Of a DNA stretch of 64,000 nucleotides, positions 49,245 to 58,817 are shown in pieces. How positions within the stretch are numbered: position 1 is the stretch's first letter; each line of letters begins with the position of its first letter. The notes beneath the pieces are model-generated. The model saw only the letters and a list, made by a program, of their open reading frames with translations, was not told the DNA's origin and ran no database searches. Origin of the DNA: Acidobacteriota bacterium. GTDB taxonomy: Bacteria > Acidobacteriota > Terriglobia > Bryobacterales > UBA6623. The translations under genes were made by a program, and so were the position numbers. Location: the NCBI GenBank assembly GCA_027592785.1, contig JAQCLD010000007.1:7995-71994 (forward strand), given 5' to 3'.

Positions 49245-50252
49245 ATGGGGTCGACGATCAAATCCGTGAGCGAAAAAGGGCCTTTCAAGATGCGCACGAT
49301 TGCGCGCCTGACCAAGTTCTCGCCTGAGTTGCTACGGGCTTGGGAACGGCGACACGGCTTACTGCACCCCTTGCGCGGTCCTGGCGGTCATCGTCTCTAT
49401 ACCGAAGAAGACTTGGCCGTGTTGCTGCGCGTTCGGAGCCTAATTTCGGAAGGCCGCTCGATCGGTGAGATCGCCACCTTTGGACGCGAAGCGTTGCTCG
49501 ATGCGCCAGAGGCGAGGGCTCAAGTCCAGAGTGTGGAGCCGTCGCCGATTTACGTGGGAGCAGACCTAGAGGCTCCCTCCAACGAGCTCGAGCGCGGCTC
49601 GCAGACGATCGTCGAAGCGGCGATGTCGATGGACGGCGCCGTGATCAACCGAGTGCTTGACGACGCCTTCGCCAGCACCTCGCCTGAGCACGTCATCGCT
49701 GGGCTGATCCTGCCCGTCTCCAGGGAGATCGGCGATCGCTGGATGGCGGGTCGCTGCAGCGTCGCCAGTGAACACCTTGCAAGCGGCATCTTCGTCCATC
49801 GTCTGCGCAAGATGGTCGAGACAGCAGAGCCGGCCAACTCCGAGTGGCGCCCCGTGATCGTCGCTTGCTTCCCGGACGAGTATCACCAACTCGGAGCGTT
49901 GATCAGCGCCTACTGGCTGTGTCGCAACGGGCTCCGGGTGACCTTCTTTGGCGCCGCGTTGCCATTTGATGACCTACGATCGACATGGCAAGTGTTGGAG
50001 CCATCCGCGACGTTGCTCTCGGTGACGCGCCGTGCAGTCTACGACTTGCATCGCCTCTCGTTCCGCAAACTAGTCGCGGAGATCCCCTCGGGCATGCCCC
50101 TATTTGTCGGCGGGCAAGGCGCTCCGGCGGAAGACCCTGGCGCCGAACGAATGGGGGCGCGCATCTTCCCCGTCGGCCAAGACTCGACCCAGGTCATGGC
50201 CGCAGTCGTCGACGCAATCCGTGAGCGCGGCCGGAAGACCCACAGCCGCTAA
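49245..50252 (+). CDS. MerR-family regulator with C-terminal cobalamin-binding domain (CarH/LitR-type candidate photoreceptor)
   Basis: MerR HTH (MRTIARLTKFSPELLRAWERRHGLLHPLRGPGGHRLYTEEDL), W-x9-EH motif (DRWMAGRCSVASEHLAS), and B12 His-on motif ExHxxG (DEYHQLGA). The start is ambiguous (ATG 49245 or ATG 49290). Confidence 0.8.
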   Translation: MGSTIKSVSEKGPFKMRTIARLTKFSPELLRAWERRHGLLHPLRGPGGHRLYTEEDLAVLLRVRSLISEGRSIGEIATFGREALLDAPEARAQVQSVEPSPIYVGADLEAPSNELERGSQTIVEAAMSMDGAVINRVLDDAFASTSPEHVIAGLILPVSREIGDRWMAGRCSVASEHLASGIFVHRLRKMVETAEPANSEWRPVIVACFPDEYHQLGALISAYWLCRNGLRVTFFGAALPFDDLRSTWQVLEPSATLLSVTRRAVYDLHRLSFRKLVAEIPSGMPLFVGGQGAPAEDPGAERMGARIFPVGQDSTQVMAAVVDAIRERGRKTHSR

Positions 50253-50520
50253 CGCGCGACTTACAATGCTGTATCGAAACGGTTCATAGCGACGAGTAAG
50301 GCGCGAGAGCGGCGCCCAGATACTCTACTTTGCGGTTGAAAGCGTAGGTTAGCTCCGTCATACGCCTGCACCACTGCCGCAGCACCCGTTCTTTCGTTCG
50401 GTGTGCAACGGGCCAACCGGGCCCGGCCGCCTAGCGTCTCCGCGCTAAGACCCCACCGCCATTTAATTGTGTTCGCCCAAGACGAAAGGCTATAGGATAT
50501 AGTCGCAGGAGATCCAAGCG

Positions 50521-53421
50521 ATGACTCGCTCTGAAGCTGGCCGTCTGGGGCTAGCGCTGGCCCTAGCATTTTTGAGTTGTGTACTGGCCGTTCCGCCGCT
50601 GGCGGCTCAGGCTGCAGAGGTAACGGGCAAAGACGTGCTGCCCATTCTGCAGAAGAACTGTTTCCAATGCCACGGCGCAGACCTGAGGATGGCAAACCTG
50701 GACCTGCGGACTCCCGAGGCCATCCTGCAAGGCGGTGACAGCGGCCCCGCGCTCGTGCCCGGCAGCGCCGAAGAGAGCCTGATCTACGCGCGGGTAAGCG
50801 GCCAGGGCCAGCCCCAAATGCCGATGGCCCCGCTGCCTGCATTGAGCGGGCACGACATCCTCGTCCTCAAGAAATGGATCGACCAAGGAGCCAGTTGGAA
50901 TGCTGCCGACTCAGCGAGGGCGGATACCCAGGCGCCCGGAGACAAGGCCAACGCCAGCTACGACGAATATGTGGAGCGGGTCATCACCGACGAAATGCGT
51001 CAGTGGTGGGCATTCCAGAAACCGGTTCGTCATCCGACGCCGAAGATCGCCGATTCACGCTGGTCGGCGAACCCTGTCGATGCCTTCGTACGGGCCGCGA
51101 TGGACGCCAAGGGGCTCACCCCCGCACCGCAAGCCGATCGCAACACGCTCATCCGCCGTGCCTATCTGGACCTGACCGGGCTGCTGCCCACTCCGGAACA
51201 AGTCGACGCCTTCGTAAACGATGCTTCCCCGCGAGCCTACGAGGCACTCGTCGAGCGGTTGCTGGCGTCCGATCATTACGGAGAACGCTGGGGACGATTT
51301 TGGCTCGACGTGGTTCGTTACGCCGACAGTTCGGGCTTTGAGCACGACCGCACTCTGCAAACCGCCTGGCGCTATCGCGACTACGTGATCAAGGCGCTGA
51401 ACGAGGACAAGCCTTACAACCAATTCCTGATCGAACAGATCGCCGGCGACGAGCTCGACGAGCCGACCGACGACAGCCTGATCGCGACGGCCTACTACCG
51501 CGTGGGTCCGCGAGTGCGATTCCGCGAGAAGGCCAACCCGCACTATCGCTACGACTATATGGACGACATGATCCGGACGACTTTCCAGGGTTTCATGGGT
51601 ATGTCGGTCCACTGCGCTCGCTGCCACGACCACAAGTTCGATCCGATCACTCGGATGGACTACTACCGCACAGTCGGTATGTTTTACGGCCACGTGAGTT
51701 ACGACCATCTGCTGGGGCCAAAAGAGGAAGCCCAGGAGTGGTCCCGCAGAAAGAAAGAAGTTCTCAGGGCCATCGCTCCGTTGGAAAAAGCCATAGCCGA
51801 AATCGAAGCGCCGTACAAAAGGCAGGAGTTCGAGGAAAGACTAAAAAGGCTGCCCGAGGACGTGCAGATCGCGGTGAGAACGCCCAAGGAAGCGCGCACG
51901 CGGGGTCAGGAATTGCTGGCGTCGCAGTTTGAACGCAACCTGGATAGCGGTGACGAAGACGCTGCCGGCATGGGAATCGACTTAGGGAAGATCGTCTTCG
52001 CCGCATCGGACAACGTCGACTATCGCACTTCTGCGCTGCCAGGCGGGGCGCTTGAGTTCGCTAAGAAGAGCGCCGCTGCCAACGGCCGGCCACTGGCTCC
52101 GGCTGGACAGCGGCAGGGAGGGTTCAAGCCCAGCCCAGAAGACCAACAGAAGATCAAGGCGTTGCGCGACCAAATTGCCGCTCTTGAGGAGACCGTGCCC
52201 GAGCTCCCCCCGGCGATCGAGGGAGTTCGGGATGGCGACTATCGCCTGGCCCCGAACGGCCCCGGCGATAACCTGCAACCCGGCCAATACGATCCCGCCT
52301 TCGGGAAGATCGAGAACACCTCGTACGTACCGGAGCCAGGCCAGAAGTTCGTAGTACCCCCGGTTCACTTCACCGCGAACGGCATGGTCGTCGAGGAGGA
52401 TATCAAAGCGCCGGTCGTCGAACCCGGATTCGTCACGGTGCTGGCAAAGGGTGACGAGGCCGTGGCTCGGCCACCGGACCGCGACGACTACGTGAGCAGC
52501 GGCAGGCGCCGTGCTTTGGCAGAATGGATCGCCTCGGACGAAAACCCGCTGACCGCCCGAGTGTTGGTCAACCGCCTCTGGTATTGGCACTTCGGCAAAG
52601 GCATCGTTGCCACCCCCGGGAACTTCGGCAAGATGGGCGTTCCGCCGAGCCACCCGGAGTTGCTGGACTGGCTGGCGACCGAATTCATTCGCCAGGGTTG
52701 GAGCATCAAGCAGATGCAGCGCCTGCTGATGAATTCCGAAACTTACAAGATGGCCTCTTCTTTCTACGACGCTGACAACATCGAGAAGGACCCAACCGAT
52801 ACTTTCTTGTGGCGCTATCCGGTTCGCCGCCTGGAAGGAGAAACCATTCGTGACGTGATCCTGTCGGCGAGCGGCCAGATCAATCTTGAGGCTGGCGGGG
52901 AAGCCTTTTACCCGGCGATTCCGGACAGCGTGCGCGAAGGGTATCAGGCCGGCAGGTGGATCCTCACCAAGGAAGGTCCCGAGACTTGGCGGCGCAGCAT
53001 CTACTCCTACTGGAAGCGCGGCATGAAGCTTCCAATGTTCGAGGTCCACGATCAGCCCGATCCAAACGTCACGACAGAGAAACGAAACATCAGCACCGTA
53101 TCGACCCAAGCGCTTACGCTGCTGAATAGCGAGTTCACGCTCTTGCAGGCGAGGCACTTAGCAGACCGCGTGGTAAGAGAGGCTCCGGCGGACCTGTCAG
53201 CTCAGGTGAAAAGGCTCTACCGGATCACCATAAGCCGGGCGCCGAGCGAAAGGGAGCTGGCCTTTGCTCTCAAGTTCCTCAACGAAGAGCGGGAATTGTT
53301 GGCGATCCGGATTTCCGCTTCAGACGCCGTCGATGGGGTAGAGCGCAACGCAGCGCAGGCAGCGCTGACAAACTTTGCGCATGTCATGCTCAACACAAAC
53401 GAGTTCTTGTATTTCAACTAG
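50521..53421 (+). CDS. PSCyt (planctomycete cytochrome c-like) + DUF1549 + DUF1553 domain protein, secreted
   Basis: Signal peptide, CFQCHG heme-motif-like segment (ILQKNCFQCHG), DUF1549-like NPVDAFV...YLDLTGLLPT and HCARCHDHKFDP, and a DUF1553-like C-terminus. Confidence 0.85.
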   Translation: MTRSEAGRLGLALALAFLSCVLAVPPLAAQAAEVTGKDVLPILQKNCFQCHGADLRMANLDLRTPEAILQGGDSGPALVPGSAEESLIYARVSGQGQPQMPMAPLPALSGHDILVLKKWIDQGASWNAADSARADTQAPGDKANASYDEYVERVITDEMRQWWAFQKPVRHPTPKIADSRWSANPVDAFVRAAMDAKGLTPAPQADRNTLIRRAYLDLTGLLPTPEQVDAFVNDASPRAYEALVERLLASDHYGERWGRFWLDVVRYADSSGFEHDRTLQTAWRYRDYVIKALNEDKPYNQFLIEQIAGDELDEPTDDSLIATAYYRVGPRVRFREKANPHYRYDYMDDMIRTTFQGFMGMSVHCARCHDHKFDPITRMDYYRTVGMFYGHVSYDHLLGPKEEAQEWSRRKKEVLRAIAPLEKAIAEIEAPYKRQEFEERLKRLPEDVQIAVRTPKEARTRGQELLASQFERNLDSGDEDAAGMGIDLGKIVFAASDNVDYRTSALPGGALEFAKKSAAANGRPLAPAGQRQGGFKPSPEDQQKIKALRDQIAALEETVPELPPAIEGVRDGDYRLAPNGPGDNLQPGQYDPAFGKIENTSYVPEPGQKFVVPPVHFTANGMVVEEDIKAPVVEPGFVTVLAKGDEAVARPPDRDDYVSSGRRRALAEWIASDENPLTARVLVNRLWYWHFGKGIVATPGNFGKMGVPPSHPELLDWLATEFIRQGWSIKQMQRLLMNSETYKMASSFYDADNIEKDPTDTFLWRYPVRRLEGETIRDVILSASGQINLEAGGEAFYPAIPDSVREGYQAGRWILTKEGPETWRRSIYSYWKRGMKLPMFEVHDQPDPNVTTEKRNISTVSTQALTLLNSEFTLLQARHLADRVVREAPADLSAQVKRLYRITISRAPSERELAFALKFLNEERELLAIRISASDAVDGVERNAAQAALTNFAHVMLNTNEFLYFN

Positions 53422-53438
53422 GGACGAAGAGGCTGCTC

Positions 53439-54983
53439 ATGACTCCGCTCTGCGAAAATAATGCCGGCAACAATCAGCGTTATATTAGCCGCCGCGATTT
53501 CTGGTTTAAGGCCGGCATGGGCATCGGCGGGGTGGCTCTAGTCGACCTGCTCGCTCGGGACGGCTTACTGGCCGCCGAGCCCGCCAGCGGCCCAGGTAGC
53601 TGTCTTGGTTCGGCGGGCATCACCGACTCTCCCTACTTGCCCAAGCCCCCGCACTTTAAGCCGCGGGCGAAATCGGTAATCCACTTATTCATGAGCGGCG
53701 GCGTTAGTCACATCGACACGTTTGACTACAAGCCGGCTCTTGAGAAATACCACGGGGTCGCCCTTGCAGGCGGAATCGCCGGCGTGGGCGGTGACGGCGA
53801 GATCATCGTGCGCCAGGGCTATCCCGGCCCGTTGATGAAAAGTCCGTTCAAGTTCAAGCAGCACGGACAGTCGGGCAGCTGGGTCTCTGAACTGTTCCCG
53901 CACATGTCGACCATCGTCGACGACTTGGCGTTCATTCACTCGGCTACGGGCAAGTCGAATGACCACGTGCTCTCTCACTATGAGTGGAACACTGGAATGA
54001 TTCTGATGGGATTCCCCAGCGTAGGCGCCTGGGTGACCTACGGCCTGGGCAGCGAGAACGGCAACCTGCCGGCGTATGTCGTGCTCTACGATCACCGGGG
54101 CGGGCCGTTCAGCGGGCCGACTAACTGGCACGCGGGTTTCTTGCCGGCGGCGTACCAAGGCACGGTTTTTCGTCCGGTCGGGGACCCGATACTCGACCTC
54201 AAGCCGGATGCCCAATATTCGTCGGTCGAGGAAGAGCGCCGCAAGCTCGACGCGCTCGCCAGCATCAATCAGAACCACGCTGAAAAACACCCCGGCGTTT
54301 CGGATCTCTCGGCGCGGATTTCCTCCTACGAGCTGGCCTATCGTATGCAGGGCTGTGCACCGGAAGCCATCGACATCAGCCAGGAGAGCGAAGAGACCAA
54401 GCAGCTGTACGGGTTGAACGACAGAGTTACCGCGCCGTTCGGCCGGCAGTGTCTAATGGCGCGCCGGCTGGTAGAACGGGGCGTCCGATTCGTGCAACTC
54501 TATAGCGGCGCTATCGTCAACCAGAACGTCGATACGTGGGATGCTCACGGCAACATCATGGAAAACCACACCATGCACGCGGCTGAAGTGGACAAGCCGA
54601 TAACGGGGCTGATTACCGACCTGAAGCGCAGAGGTCTGATAGATGAGACCGTCGTGCTGTGGCAGTCGGAGTTTGGACGCATGCCGGTCTCCCAGCGGGC
54701 GCTCGGCCGCGACCACAACCCTGGGGCACAGACTGTCTGGATGTGCGGCGGCGGCATCCAGGGCGGTCAGCACATTGGCGCCAGTGACGAGGTCGGCTAC
54801 CAAGCCGCCGAGCAGATCATTTGGAACCACGATATCCACGCGAGCCTGCTTCATCTGCTGGGCCTCGACCACAAGAGGCTGACTTACTACTTCAATGGCC
54901 GCAACATGAGACTGACCGACGTTCACGGCGAGCTAATCCCGCAGATCGTCGGAGCTACGGGCAAGGAGACCGCGACGGCCTGA
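53439..54983 (+). CDS. DUF1501-family (sulfatase-fold) protein with Tat signal
   Basis: Tat-like SRRDFWFKAGMGIGGVAL and a DUF1501-type core (FMSGGVSHIDTFD...DTWDAHGN...WQSEFGR). Starts 17 bp after the upstream gene. Confidence 0.85.
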   Translation: MTPLCENNAGNNQRYISRRDFWFKAGMGIGGVALVDLLARDGLLAAEPASGPGSCLGSAGITDSPYLPKPPHFKPRAKSVIHLFMSGGVSHIDTFDYKPALEKYHGVALAGGIAGVGGDGEIIVRQGYPGPLMKSPFKFKQHGQSGSWVSELFPHMSTIVDDLAFIHSATGKSNDHVLSHYEWNTGMILMGFPSVGAWVTYGLGSENGNLPAYVVLYDHRGGPFSGPTNWHAGFLPAAYQGTVFRPVGDPILDLKPDAQYSSVEEERRKLDALASINQNHAEKHPGVSDLSARISSYELAYRMQGCAPEAIDISQESEETKQLYGLNDRVTAPFGRQCLMARRLVERGVRFVQLYSGAIVNQNVDTWDAHGNIMENHTMHAAEVDKPITGLITDLKRRGLIDETVVLWQSEFGRMPVSQRALGRDHNPGAQTVWMCGGGIQGGQHIGASDEVGYQAAEQIIWNHDIHASLLHLLGLDHKRLTYYFNGRNMRLTDVHGELIPQIVGATGKETATA

Positions 54984-55044
54984 TTGGGACCGCCGCCAAC
55001 ACCTTTTTCATCCTGGAAGTTCGAAACAAGGGAGATTGCTAACA

Positions 55045-55554
55045 ATGAAGAATCGAGTTGTACTATCGCTGTTGTTCTGTGTAGGCGTGGCTGTTGTGAG
55101 TCTGGCGGTCGGTCAAGCTCAGCGGCCGGCGCCGCCTCTTGAACCGAACAAGTTCGGGTATTGGTCTGGCAAGGCCGTCAGGGAATCCGTCGCAAATCTG
55201 AAGGCTGGCGAGCGGCCCGCTTTTGAGGGTCTCAACAGGGGCGAGCATAACTTCAGCCTGAGTCATAGGGATCGTAGCGGAGCTCCGGAGATGCACGCGA
55301 ACTGGACCGACATCTACTTCATCGAGTCCGGTGAGGGCACGCTGACCTATGGCGGAAAGCTTGAGGGCGCCGAAGAGAGGCGACCCGGCGAGTTCGGCGG
55401 CGGCAAAATCGTCGGCGGCAAGCAGCAGAAACTGGTCGCGGGCGACATCGCCTCGTCGCCGGCGGGTATGCCGCACCAGTGGCTTGTAGAGGACGGCAAG
55501 ACGCTGACTTACGTGACCGTGAAGGTCGCCAAGATTGACGACATGCGGCACTAG
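55045..55554 (+). CDS. Secreted cupin-fold protein
   Basis: Signal peptide MKNRVVLSLLFCVGVAVVSLAVGQA and beta-barrel motifs (HANWTDIYFIESGEGTL...PAGMPHQW). Confidence 0.6.
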   Translation: MKNRVVLSLLFCVGVAVVSLAVGQAQRPAPPLEPNKFGYWSGKAVRESVANLKAGERPAFEGLNRGEHNFSLSHRDRSGAPEMHANWTDIYFIESGEGTLTYGGKLEGAEERRPGEFGGGKIVGGKQQKLVAGDIASSPAGMPHQWLVEDGKTLTYVTVKVAKIDDMRH

Positions 55555-55879
55555 GCCGCGCCACGCAGAATAGGTTAGCTCCGGCCCAGCATGCAGCAGG
55601 AACTGCCGCCTTTGCTGAATAGATAGACGATCAACCAGCGGCACTGGCGCGAGCGCAAATGTGCAGCGACAGTCCGCTGGTGTTCGCTATCTAATACACA
55701 GGAAGTAGCTTGGCTTTCTACTGCCGCCGGGTCCCGGCGCAGTGTGAACAGTCAGGCGGAGTTTAGCTTGCGGCGCGCGGTGCTGGACGCCGGAAGGCTT
55801 TCGCAGGTCCGCCTTCACCGGAATAGGATGACCCGCAGCAATTGCCTTGACTTGGAAAGCTAGTCGGCGGCAGTTACCT

Positions 55880-57097
55880 CTAGGCCGCGGACGTTTGTGG
55901 CTTGACCGGCAAAGGCATCTTCTTGAGGCGCGTCGCCATGAAGACGGAGATCAACGCCAGCATGGCGCTGCCATAAAACGCGGGACCCCAGGAGCCAGTC
56001 ATCTCGAAGATTGTCGCCGCCAGGCCTCCAGCCACGATCGATGCGACGCCCTTGGTGCTGTAGAGGAAGCTGTAGTTGGAGCTCGCGTTCTTGGCGCCGA
56101 AGAAATCGGCCAGGGCTGACGGGAACAACACGTAGACCTCGCCCCACGTGAAAAACACCATAGCCATCGAGATCACGAATATCAAGCCCGATTGCGCTCC
56201 CAACAGCCCCACGCTCAGCAGCGACAGCGCCTGGATGGCGAAGGCGATCTCCATGGTGCTCTCCCGGCCGATCCTGTCCGATACCCAGCCCCAGAACAAG
56301 CGTCCTGTGCCGTTGGCGATCGGGTTCAACACCAGCGAGATTGCCAGGAAACTTTCGGCGATCCCATAGGTGCGCGCAACGGGCGCCACCTGCGCGGTGG
56401 CCAATAGCCCACCGATACCCATCATCAGCATCATCGCGTAGAGCCAATAAAAATGGCCGCTGCGCAGCATTTCGCCGGAGCTGAAATTGTCCTTCTGCCG
56501 CCGCACCTGTTGTGCGGCTTTCGCGGTTGGCGTGTGCGCGGGAGCCATGCCCGGGCCGCCCAGGAACTGCGCGGCGAGCACGATCAGAACCCCTTGCACG
56601 ATTCCCGTATAAAGGAACGCCGCCGAATAATCCTCCACCTGCAGGATGAAACGAATGACCGGAATGAACAGTGCCGCGCCCGATCCGAAGCCCGCGGCGA
56701 TGATTCCTGCGGCGACTCCACGGCGGTCCGGGAACCACTTGAGCGCCACGCCAATGGATCCGCAATAGACGATAGCAGCGCCGAAGCCCGCCAGGCCGTA
56801 CAGGAAATACATCATCGGCAGGGAATTCGTCATGCCGATGCCCGCCCAGCCGATGCCGCACAAGATGCCGGCGGCTGACATGAGCGGGCGAGCGCCTTTG
56901 GCGTCGATCAGCCAGCCGGTGAGCGGCATGGCCCAGGTCTCGAGCGCAATGAAGATTGTGAAGCCCCACTGGACCTCGGACAACGACCATCCGTTGGCGT
57001 CCCGTAGCGGCTGTACGAACAGCGTCCAGGCATATTGCAAATTCGCGATTTGAATCATCGCGATAACGGCGGCGACTAATCTTACCCAGCGATTCAT
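55880..57097 (-). CDS. MFS transporter, oxalate/formate antiporter (OFA) family-like
   Basis: 12-TM MFS protein. The N-terminus MNRWVRLVAAVIAMIQIANLQYAWTLFVQPL resembles the OFA-family signature. SD AAGGAG lies 13 nt upstream. Confidence 0.75.
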   Translation of the reverse strand: MNRWVRLVAAVIAMIQIANLQYAWTLFVQPLRDANGWSLSEVQWGFTIFIALETWAMPLTGWLIDAKGARPLMSAAGILCGIGWAGIGMTNSLPMMYFLYGLAGFGAAIVYCGSIGVALKWFPDRRGVAAGIIAAGFGSGAALFIPVIRFILQVEDYSAAFLYTGIVQGVLIVLAAQFLGGPGMAPAHTPTAKAAQQVRRQKDNFSSGEMLRSGHFYWLYAMMLMMGIGGLLATAQVAPVARTYGIAESFLAISLVLNPIANGTGRLFWGWVSDRIGRESTMEIAFAIQALSLLSVGLLGAQSGLIFVISMAMVFFTWGEVYVLFPSALADFFGAKNASSNYSFLYSTKGVASIVAGGLAATIFEMTGSWGPAFYGSAMLALISVFMATRLKKMPLPVKPQTSAA

Positions 57098-57299
57098 GGC
57101 GGCTACGTGGCGCTCCTTATTTCAGCTGCTGTCATTCCCAGCACCTTCCGTGCAAGCATACACGGTTCTGCAGATGCGTCGTGGGAATATCGAGTCCTTC
57201 GTCCGGCTCGACCTGGGCCCCTGCAATGCATTCGAGCACCATCGAGCGGCCGAGTTCCGGATCCTGCAGCATTGCCGCGGAGATGTGAGCGCCCGGCGG

Positions 57300-58817
57300 T
57301 CAACCGGCCAGACCTAGCTTCGCCGCGAGGCCAATTCTTTGGATCTTTCCCGTGGGACCCTTTGGAATTTCGTCGAGGATGACGATCTTTCGAGGAGTCT
57401 TGAAATCGGCAAGGCGCTCCGAAACAAACGCTCGGAGTTCTTTCTCGCTCGCGCTACTGCCCGGCGCCAAGACTACCGCTGCGGCAATCTCCTCGCCAAG
57501 CTTTGGATGCGGCATGCCGAAGACGACGACTTGTGCGACGTCTGGGTGGTCCAGCAGAACTTCATCGACCTCGCGAGGCGATATCTTCTCGCCTCCGCGG
57601 TTGATGATCTCCTTGAGCCGGCCGGTGATGTAGAGATAGCCCTGTTCGTCAAGCCGACCCTGATCGCCCGTACGGAACCAACCATCCGTAAACGCTGTCT
57701 TGTTGGCCTCTGGGTTCCGCGCGTAGCCCACCGTAACGTTTTCGCCGCGAATTACAATCTCTCCTGTATCGCCCTGAGGAAGAAGCGTCCCTGCTTCGTC
57801 CATCACGGCGACCTCCGGGCCGGCGCCGGGACCGACGGAGCCAGGCTTGCGGGGAGCGGGCGGTAGCGGGTTGCTGGCCATCTGGTGGGCAGCTTCGGTC
57901 ATTCCGTAAGACTCGACGACAGGAACTCCGAACACTTCTTCCAGCTGAGCCAGTACCTGCGGAGGCAGTGCTGCGGACGAGGATCGGATCAGACGCAGGG
58001 TGCTCTTATCGATGATGTCCTGGTTGCGAGCGGCCCGCGCCAAGATTGTCTGGTGCATGGTCGGGACGGCTGAGTACCAGGTTGGCTTGACTTGCTCAAG
58101 CCAGGCGAAGAACTTCATTGCGTTGAAGCCCGGCGTACAGTGGACCGATGCTCCCGCCGCTATCGAAGAAAGCAACGCCCCAATCAAGCCGTGGATGTGG
58201 AACAACGGCATCACGTTCAGGCAAACGTCCTGTGGCTGCAATCGCAGCGTGGCCGCAATGTTGGTTGCTGAGGCGCATACATTCCGATGGCTGAGTGGAA
58301 CGATCTTCGGCCGTGCCGTCGTCCCTGAGGTATGCAGGACCATGGCCACGTCGTCCGGCTCCGCGAGCCCGCCCTTCGTGGGCGCCTTGCCTGGCTCGCC
58401 CTGCAATGTGAAGGCCCCAGCGTTGTCTCCGTGAGCCTTCAGTTCCAAGATCGGGATGTTGAGCTTCTTCGCGGCAGCCGTCGCCGGTGAGTCCGAACCT
58501 TCCTCGACTACCAGTGCGCGGGCCTCCAGATCGTTTAGATAGAACTCAAATTCTTCTTCGCGATAGGACGGATTCAGCGGTGCACAAGTCGCCCCGCACG
58601 ACAGCGACAAGAACGCCGATGCCGCCAGCGGGCCGTTTGGCAGAACGAACGCCACCGAGTCGCCACGTCCGATGCCGAACTGGTTCAGCGCAAGTACTGT
58701 CGCGTCGATGTGCTGACCTAACTGGCCATGGGAGAGTGGGTGTTGAGCTTCAGCGAGAATCGCTGGAGCCTCGGCGTCGTTCTTATCAACAAGTCTTCTT
58801 ACTGTTAGATTGGTCAT
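57300..58817 (-). CDS. AMP-dependent acyl-CoA synthetase of the AAE3/Pcs60-like subfamily (putative oxalate--CoA ligase)
   Basis: APLNPSYREEEFEFYLND, LHTSGTTARPK, MPLFHIHGL, TWYSAVPTMHQ, NPEANKTAFTDGWFRTGD, GRLKEIINRGGEKISPREVD, GKIQR. From memory these blocks match plant AAE3 closely. ATG 58817 (MTNLTV) is preferred over the track start. Confidence 0.75.
   Translation of the reverse strand: MTNLTVRRLVDKNDAEAPAILAEAQHPLSHGQLGQHIDATVLALNQFGIGRGDSVAFVLPNGPLAASAFLSLSCGATCAPLNPSYREEEFEFYLNDLEARALVVEEGSDSPATAAAKKLNIPILELKAHGDNAGAFTLQGEPGKAPTKGGLAEPDDVAMVLHTSGTTARPKIVPLSHRNVCASATNIAATLRLQPQDVCLNVMPLFHIHGLIGALLSSIAAGASVHCTPGFNAMKFFAWLEQVKPTWYSAVPTMHQTILARAARNQDIIDKSTLRLIRSSSAALPPQVLAQLEEVFGVPVVESYGMTEAAHQMASNPLPPAPRKPGSVGPGAGPEVAVMDEAGTLLPQGDTGEIVIRGENVTVGYARNPEANKTAFTDGWFRTGDQGRLDEQGYLYITGRLKEIINRGGEKISPREVDEVLLDHPDVAQVVVFGMPHPKLGEEIAAAVVLAPGSSASEKELRAFVSERLADFKTPRKIVILDEIPKGPTGKIQRIGLAAKLGLAG

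Noticed and set aside
49213-49245. Attempt to fit the published CarH operator pattern (tandem 11-bp nAnnTnnACAn repeats) to acgtACAtttattgcATAatttttgtCAA
   Set aside because: An 11-bp phasing of ACA/ATA/CAA exists, but the other conserved positions (A at 2, T at 5) do not match. I report only the observed repeats, not a CarH operator.
50261-50842. 193-aa minus-strand ORF covering the gap upstream of the PSCyt gene and its 5' end
   Set aside because: It is extremely Arg/Gly/Pro/Ala-rich and overlaps the signal-peptide-encoding start of the + strand gene. No start context or motifs.
51982-53157. 391-aa minus-strand ORF antisense to the DUF1553 gene
   Set aside because: It lies entirely inside a well-supported + strand gene. 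Its composition is Arg/Gly/Ala/Pro-rich and featureless, typical of shadow ORFs in high-GC DNA, and I recognise no motifs.
48546-55879. Search for a direct repeat of the tRNA-Leu 3' end (ggttcgaccccctcctccagcacca) that would delimit an integrated island
   Set aside because: I found no second copy by eye downstream in the window, so island boundaries cannot be claimed. Only the integrase relic and the local AT-rich DNA are reported.
55860-56990. 376-aa minus-strand ORF overlapping the MFS transporter in another frame
   Set aside because: It is on the same strand as the 405-aa MFS ORF but out of frame. It is Arg/Gly/His-rich with no TM pattern, whereas the MFS frame has clear 12-TM character and a Shine-Dalgarno sequence.
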